A stretch of DNA of 36,085 bases, taken from assembly GCF_001194135.2 (NCBI RefSeq), contig NC_068996.1, positions 26,095,993 through 26,132,077 on the forward strand, given 5' to 3'. The notes beneath the pieces were generated by a model. The model made no database searches. It had not been told where the DNA came from and worked only from the letters and a program-made list of their open reading frames with translations. Origin of the DNA: Octopus bimaculoides. Taxonomy: Eukaryota. This document shows positions 36,031-36,085 of the stretch, in pieces; positions within the stretch are counted from its first letter, which is position 1; the number at the start of each line of letters is the position of its first letter. A program made the translations under genes and the position numbers.

Positions 36031-36085
36031 ACTTTCCTTAATATGTCTTTTATAAATATATGTGTGTAATATCTACCTATATATA

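Overview
AT-rich, microsatellite-dense eukaryotic DNA from a gapped short-read scaffold with five N-gaps, four of them abutting (TA)n runs or other simple repeats. The SINE/LINE repertoire resembles what I recall from octopus (cephalopod) genomes; this is an inference, not a database match. I found no host protein-coding gene, RNA gene or CRISPR array, and almost every ORF in the supplied track is a microsatellite or antisense artefact. The window is an intronic/intergenic retroelement graveyard. It holds several decayed RTE-clade LINEs, two HERO-like (REL-endonuclease) non-LTR fragments, an R4/Dong-like 5' fragment and a Penelope-like GIY-YIG fragment with a decayed minimal hammerhead ribozyme. 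It also holds a mariner 3' end, a hAT MITE with TIRs and an 8-bp TSD, a Helentron-type (HINE-like) element and many tRNA-derived SINEs. The most interesting leads are: the Penelope hammerhead; a Cys-rich PHD-like insert inside the RT of one RTE family; head-to-tail SINE chains in (ATT)n next to R4/Dong-like relics; and a perfect 93-bp inverted repeat that abuts an Illumina adapter remnant and may be an artefact. I see no convincing evidence for a wholly new biological system.
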